Shown: positions 57,696 through 64,000 of the stretch, in pieces | Position numbering within the stretch: the first letter of the stretch is position 1 | Layout: each line of letters starts with the position of its first letter | Origin: the human T2T-CHM13v2.0 reference genome, Homo sapiens | Direction: 5' to 3' (one strand) | Assembly: GCF_009914755.1 (NCBI RefSeq) | Contig: NC_060936.1 | Length of the DNA: 64,000 bases | The notes under the pieces: generated by a model | What the model saw: only the letters and a program-made list of their open reading frames with translations | Database searches by the model: none | What the model was told of the DNA's origin: nothing | Position numbers and translations under genes: made by a program

Positions 57696-57861
57696 CATAG
57701 CACTGTAAATCTTCTAGTTTCATGTTGTTTTTGCTGGAAATAGTCTATTCTGAAAGAGGCAGCATGTGTGATGGCAGAAAAATTCAGGGTTCCCCCCCCC
57801 ACCCCCAGCTCTGCCATTTACTTAGCTTTGTGGCCTTGGGAAAGTCACTTGATCTGGCATC

Positions 57862-58992
57862 CCACAGGGTCCCATACTCTACAGGCCCTGCATTTGGGGT
57901 TTAATTTCTGTGGTTGCTGTTTTGAAGTTCTTCCTAATTTTTTTCTTTGAGTTTGTGTGTTATAAGTGAAGTCTGAAGGGACAACGGAGCATGCGCTGGG
58001 CTTGGCACCTTAGATCATGGGAGGTCTTGCTTCCTGCTGCATCTCCAGGATGGGTTCTGCCAGAGACCCTCTTCATTGGTCTCTCTATCTTTAGTCCTGC
58101 CCAACCTCCCTTTCTCTGTTGAGTCCTAAAATTGCTGCCATCCTTCACTCCTAGCAGGAGTCTGGGTGCCGGCAGAGGGAGGGCTTGGGTGGGTCACTCA
58201 AACCCATGGCACCTTGGGGCCGAGCATGGCATCGCCCATCCCTGCCCTAACAGGTAGCAGCATTCCAAATCAAATGGGTGACCAGCCAGAAGCTATCCCA
58301 ATCCAGATATCAAGCATGTCCTGATGAAGAGATTTAAAAATCCTTTGCGGGGTGGGGGTCCCCTGTCTGCTATGGATGGAGGTAATGTGGCACTGGATAA
58401 AAGAGATGCCTGGTTAGATTTTCTGGGACCCTGCTCTATCCAGGACACTGTGGTAGTCAGGAGAGTGTTGGGGGCCTGGCAGTGGGGCACCTGTGCCCTG
58501 CATAGGAGGCACGGTCCAGGGTGCTTGCATGGGGCTGCACTCTCACTACAAGTGTCTTGTGCCTTGGAATGCTCCTTTGGCTAGCTCCATGCCTGGAGCA
58601 TTCTCCCTCCTTCTAACCGTCCTGGGTTTGGCCTGTATTTGTCTTTTTTGACCAGATCAAGGCATCCTTTGGATAAAAACACAAAATATAAACTGGGGAA
58701 TTTGGTATTCCTTCATAGGAGTTAAATGCTTTAATATTTTCATCTAAAAGTAACATTGCACAATATAAAAATGAATGACAAAATTCATGCTAATAACATA
58801 AAATTTTAATGTTTCTTTACACAGAACATTAAATAGTAAACAAAAAACACCATGACAAGTCTAAAGAGAGACCACAAAAGGAAGGAAAAAGGTTTGTACG
58901 TATTTTTAATGGCACTCTTTCCCCTGCCTTTTGAATAGGGGGCCCCACATTTTCATTTTGGACTGAGCTCCACAGATTATGTAGCTGGCTGC
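57862..58992 (+). mobile_element. hAT-Tip100 element with MER91-like termini (MER115/Zaphod-type), about 1.1 kb
   Basis: Left cagggtcccatactc...ggtttaatttctgtggttgctgttttgaagttctt and right ttttgaatagggggccccacattttcattttggactgagctccacagattatgtagctgg correspond to the two halves of the short MER91-like element at 6915-7075. Confidence 0.55.
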
Positions 58993-59574
58993 GCTCCCAG
59001 GATGTAAGGTTTGCATAATCACCTGGTCCTTGCTTCACTTCACAGGTATATTTGCAGCAGCTCTGCTTGTAGTTGGTAAGCTCAGTTAAGCAACATAGTT
59101 GGACTGACTTAAGAATAGCTTACCATCCAATGATCTGTGGCTTTATCTTTACCTTTCCAAGTGGGTAGAAAAGGAGTAATGGGAGCCATTCCCTTGGAAA
59201 CTACTGAGGTCATTTAACCCTAACAAGGATGATGCTTCACTAGATGTTAATTAGAGATCATTTCCATTTTTAGTTTTAGTTCTAGAGGTTGCCTTAAAAA
59301 TTATGAGGGCAACAGGAAACACTGAACTTGCCTAGACTTCTGGGGCTTCTTTATTCATTGACTTATTCATTCACCCATTCAATCATTCCCTCCTTCACTC
59401 ACACTATCATTTCACAACATTTACTGAAGTGCTATCATGCTGCCCACACTTTAAGTATGGAGAATTCAAAAGTGATTGAGGCAGTCTCTCTCCTAAAGAA
59501 GCTCAAAGTCACTGGGGGAGGGGTAAGGTGGAGGTGGGATCAGAAGGCATATAAAGAGATTATTTTTATTATTG

Positions 59575-59860
59575 TTTTGAGACAGAGTCTTGCTATGTCA
59601 CCCAGGCTGGAGTGCAGTGGCATGATCTTGGCTCATTGCAACCTCCACCCTCCAGGTTCCAGTGATTCTCCTGCTTCAGCCTCCTGAATAGCTGGGATTA
59701 CAGGCACATGCCATCACGCCCAGCTAAGTTTTGTATTTTTAGTAAAGATTGGGTTTTGCCATGTTGGCCACGCTGGTCTCAAACTCCTGACCTCAAATGA
59801 TCCACCCGCCTCAGACTCCTAAAGTGCTGGGATTACAGGCGTCAGCCACTGTGCCTGGTC
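59575..59860 (-). mobile_element. AluS
   Basis: Full dimer; degenerate TSD aaagagattattttt / aaagagactattttt. Confidence 0.92.
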
Positions 59861-60532
59861 AAAGAGACTATTTTTTTGATGCAGCACATACAATGATTAT
59901 GGCTGTACAGAGAAAAGATTCCTGAAGTACACAGCTTTGGATCAGGAAAGACATTTTGGGAAGCGGAACATCTCTGCTACCTGCTAAATGATGAGGAAAA
60001 GTTAACCAGAATACAGGCAATGCTTGAAGCAAGAGAGAGAAGGCACTGCGTGGATCGGTTGCAGCATGAACAAGGGCAATGAGAAAAGAAACGGTATAGT
60101 GAGAGTGAAAACCAGAAAGCAGTTTACAGTTAACCAGGTGGAAGAAACAGGGAGGGAGAGACCAGGTAGCCAGCCTTGTAAGCGATGATGTGAAGTGGGC
60201 TTCATCCTGTGGTTCTGGGCAGTTGGCAAGTTGTTTTATGCCTGGAAGGGAGATGGCTGGATTTACAATGTAGAGAGCAAACTCCAGTGGCTATCTGAAG
60301 TGTGGATTTGAAGGGCTAAAACTGGAGGTTGGAAGCCCATTTAAAGAGCTCTTGCAGCCATAATACAAGAGACAATGAAGATCTGGACTAGGACAGCAGC
60401 AGCAGGAATGGTGATGTATTAAAGAAATACTATAGAGCCAAAACTGACTGAACTTGATTATTGATTAAATATAGGTATTGGTAGAAGACAAGTGTTAAGA
60501 ATAACTGTCAGCGCTCTTGTTTGGGTAACTGA

Positions 60533-60892
<360 letters not shown>

Positions 60893-61493
60893 TTGAGGGG
60901 CTGTGTTCTGTTTGGGACATGCTTAGGGGCCTGTGGAACTGGAAGGAGGGGATGTTAGCAGACAGTGAGAGGAGGCTGAAGTTTGGGGAGAGGTTCAGGC
61001 TAATGTTGTAGATTTGGGGATGATCAGGGCTGAGGTGGTAGCTGTATGAAATGGATAAATGCAGCACTGAGAAGAAAGGGGAAATGCCATGAGAGAAAGA
61101 AGGAAAAGATGAAGTTAATGAGGAAAAGAGGGAGAGTGTGTCGTGTCAGATGCCAAGAGGGTAACGAGTTTCATGAATAAGGATATGAACCAACTGTTAA
61201 ATATGGCAGAGAAGTCTTAATGGAAGTGGAAAAGGCCCTTTGGTTTGGTAAAATACAGCAGCTCATGAGGACCCCAGGAGGAGTTTTCCATTATGGGTAC
61301 AAAAGCCAGATTAGAGGATTGTGAGACAAAAGGGGTGGAGACAATGAATGTAGACGATTGTTTTGAGAAATCTGAATGAGTAAGGGAGGAGAAAATGTGC
61401 AGCACAGCTGGAGAAGGAACAGGATCACAGGAAGTTGCTTTATTTTCTTCTTCTTCTTCTTCTTCTTTTTTTCACTCGTAAGAATAGGAGGTG

Positions 61494-62020
<527 letters not shown>

Positions 62021-64000
62021 AGGAGACACTTAAGCAAGTTTGCAGGCAGCAGGTAAAGCACTAGTGGAGAGGGAAGTTGGATCCACAGGAGAGGGAAAGG
62101 AAAACTGCTGGAGGTAGGAGGGGTAGGCCTGGGGTGAGATAAAGGGCCTGGAAGAGGGAAGCAAGGATGGGTGAGGTGTAGAATCCTTACTCCTGAAGCC
62201 CTTCACTGCTGATACTTCTGCTATCCTTGGCATGTGACAATTCCTCAAGCTGAGGTCAATGCCACTGTGTCAATTGCATAGCAATTCTCTTTCTTGGGGA
62301 TTCCTATAAAAACTCCCTCATAACAATTCCCCAAGTCTCTAGTCTTACCTTGACGCCCCTCAGTCTTACACAATTCCTTGCTATTTTGACTAGTTTGAGG
62401 TTACCCATCATGAACTCCTTCGACATCTCTCCTATCTTGATTTATATACTCTTCTTGGTCTCATTTTTTCCTGCAATATTAAAAATTCTACTGATCTTTC
62501 AAGGTCCAACTCAATTGATATCCCTTATCTATGTCTCACTTTCATCTTACATATACATTTTTAAATTACTTGATGTCTTTTATGTTATCTTATAAGCTAA
62601 TTTAAATACTTCTTAAAACAAGGAAGGGATTCAATCAACCTATCAATCGTCATGATACCCTTTCCTATCTCATCTTCTTTTCATCTTCTTCAACTTTTTG
62701 ACTCATTTTTATATCATTCCTCTATGAAACTATTAAACCCCTTAAGGGCAAGTAAATGTTTTTTGCACCTGCTCTAGTATGACAATACATTATACATAAT
62801 ACCTACCTACTACAATTAATAAATTGTAAGCTCCTGGAGGACAAGAATTTAGGAGTTAGCTAGCTAGATAGAGATGAATACACATGCAGAGATATATTTA
62901 CATTCTCTCAAGTATACCAATTTAATCTAATACTTACTATATACTTGCTAGCAATTAGAGATATATAAAGATAAATAAAACAAAACACAGTCTCTGTCTT
63001 CCAAGGGTGCCAATCCAGTGTGGCAATCAGAGAATGAGAGGGCTTGAATGACATGCTGATAAAATTGGACTGTATTCTGCTAGGTTTCTTGCAGAACTTA
63101 GGGCAGAGGATATTAATAGATATGTGTTTTGAAAAGATAATGCTCAGAGAAGGATGAAGGATGAATTTGAAAAGAATGAGATTGAGGGTAGGCAGATCTA
63201 TGAGGGGGCTTTTGCAATAGTGTAGATGACAGATAATAAAGATCAAGTGAGGGCAAGTTGGTTACAGATGAGATATTGAGTGTATATGCGTGTATGTGTA
63301 TGTTGGGGGAGTGAGGTTGTGGTGCACAAGAATAAGTGTCCAGAAGTTATTTGCTAATCTTACTTTTTAAAAGACATTAAATGGTAAATAGTAGTAATAA
63401 CTATAGCTTATTACATATCGTGTAACACATTCCTCTAGACTGGCCTTAGGCAATATTGAGATCTGTTCCATTTCACCACTTAGGATCCTCTAGGCCCGAT
63501 TTTGGCACTTTATTCTATATGATCGGCTATTTGTTCTTCTCTTATTACTTCAGGTCTCAAGTTTTGATCATCCTATGAGCCCATATATCCTTCAGAGCAA
63601 GACAATGTGAATAGGCATCGTTGCACTTGGTAGAGGGTTAGGCAAATAGTGGATGCCAAATAAATCCTTGTGGAATTGAATGGTATTACCTGGAGTTCCC
63701 TGAAGGTTGTACATCCTCTTACTCCTTGGCCTTTGGAACGTCCTTCTCTATACCTGGAATTCTTCCTCTCTCTCTTTACCTCCTCTGACTACTGTCTCTT
63801 TACCTCACTTTGACCTTCCTAGTTCTGTTTATCACTTCCTCTAAGAGTTGTTGCTTGATGCCCCTGCACTGGGTTAGCAGATTTTGCTAAGTGGTCCACA
63901 GAATCACCTACTTATGTGTTTCTCTGCCAGCTCTATAAAGACAGACCAGACTACCTTGCGGTAATTTGTTCAGTATTTTATCCCCAGGTTGAGCACAGCA

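Overview
Human genomic DNA (a human-specific AluYb8 is present). The window lies inside ANKS1B (AIDA-1/EB-1), which runs on the minus strand. Only two coding exons are present. A 99-nt exon (43956-44054) encodes the C-terminal half of SAM1, and a 153-nt exon (12180-12332) encodes the linker plus most of SAM2. They are separated by a 31.6-kb GT-AG intron and both are phase 0-0. The rest is intronic: about 17 Alus (two very young, with perfect TSDs), L1, L2 and MIR remnants, MaLR/ERV LTRs, hAT/Tigger DNA-transposon fossils and microsatellites. There is also a 3'-truncated tailless 5S rRNA retropseudogene. Nearly all other ORFs in the track are repeat-derived or chance. I see no convincing new multi-gene system. 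The best leads are: (1) inverted young Alus around an ATG-starting, stop-free 3n exon (possible human-specific circRNA with a rolling ORF); (2) a motif-rich antisense solo-LTR promoter; (3) a 43-bp locally templated insertion inside an Alu; (4) a micro-L1 with a probable 3' transduction; (5) a one-arm/two-partner hairpin at 36.7 kb; (6) convergent CTCF-like sites. Repeat family names were assigned by eye from remembered consensus sequences, and boundaries of old repeats are approximate.
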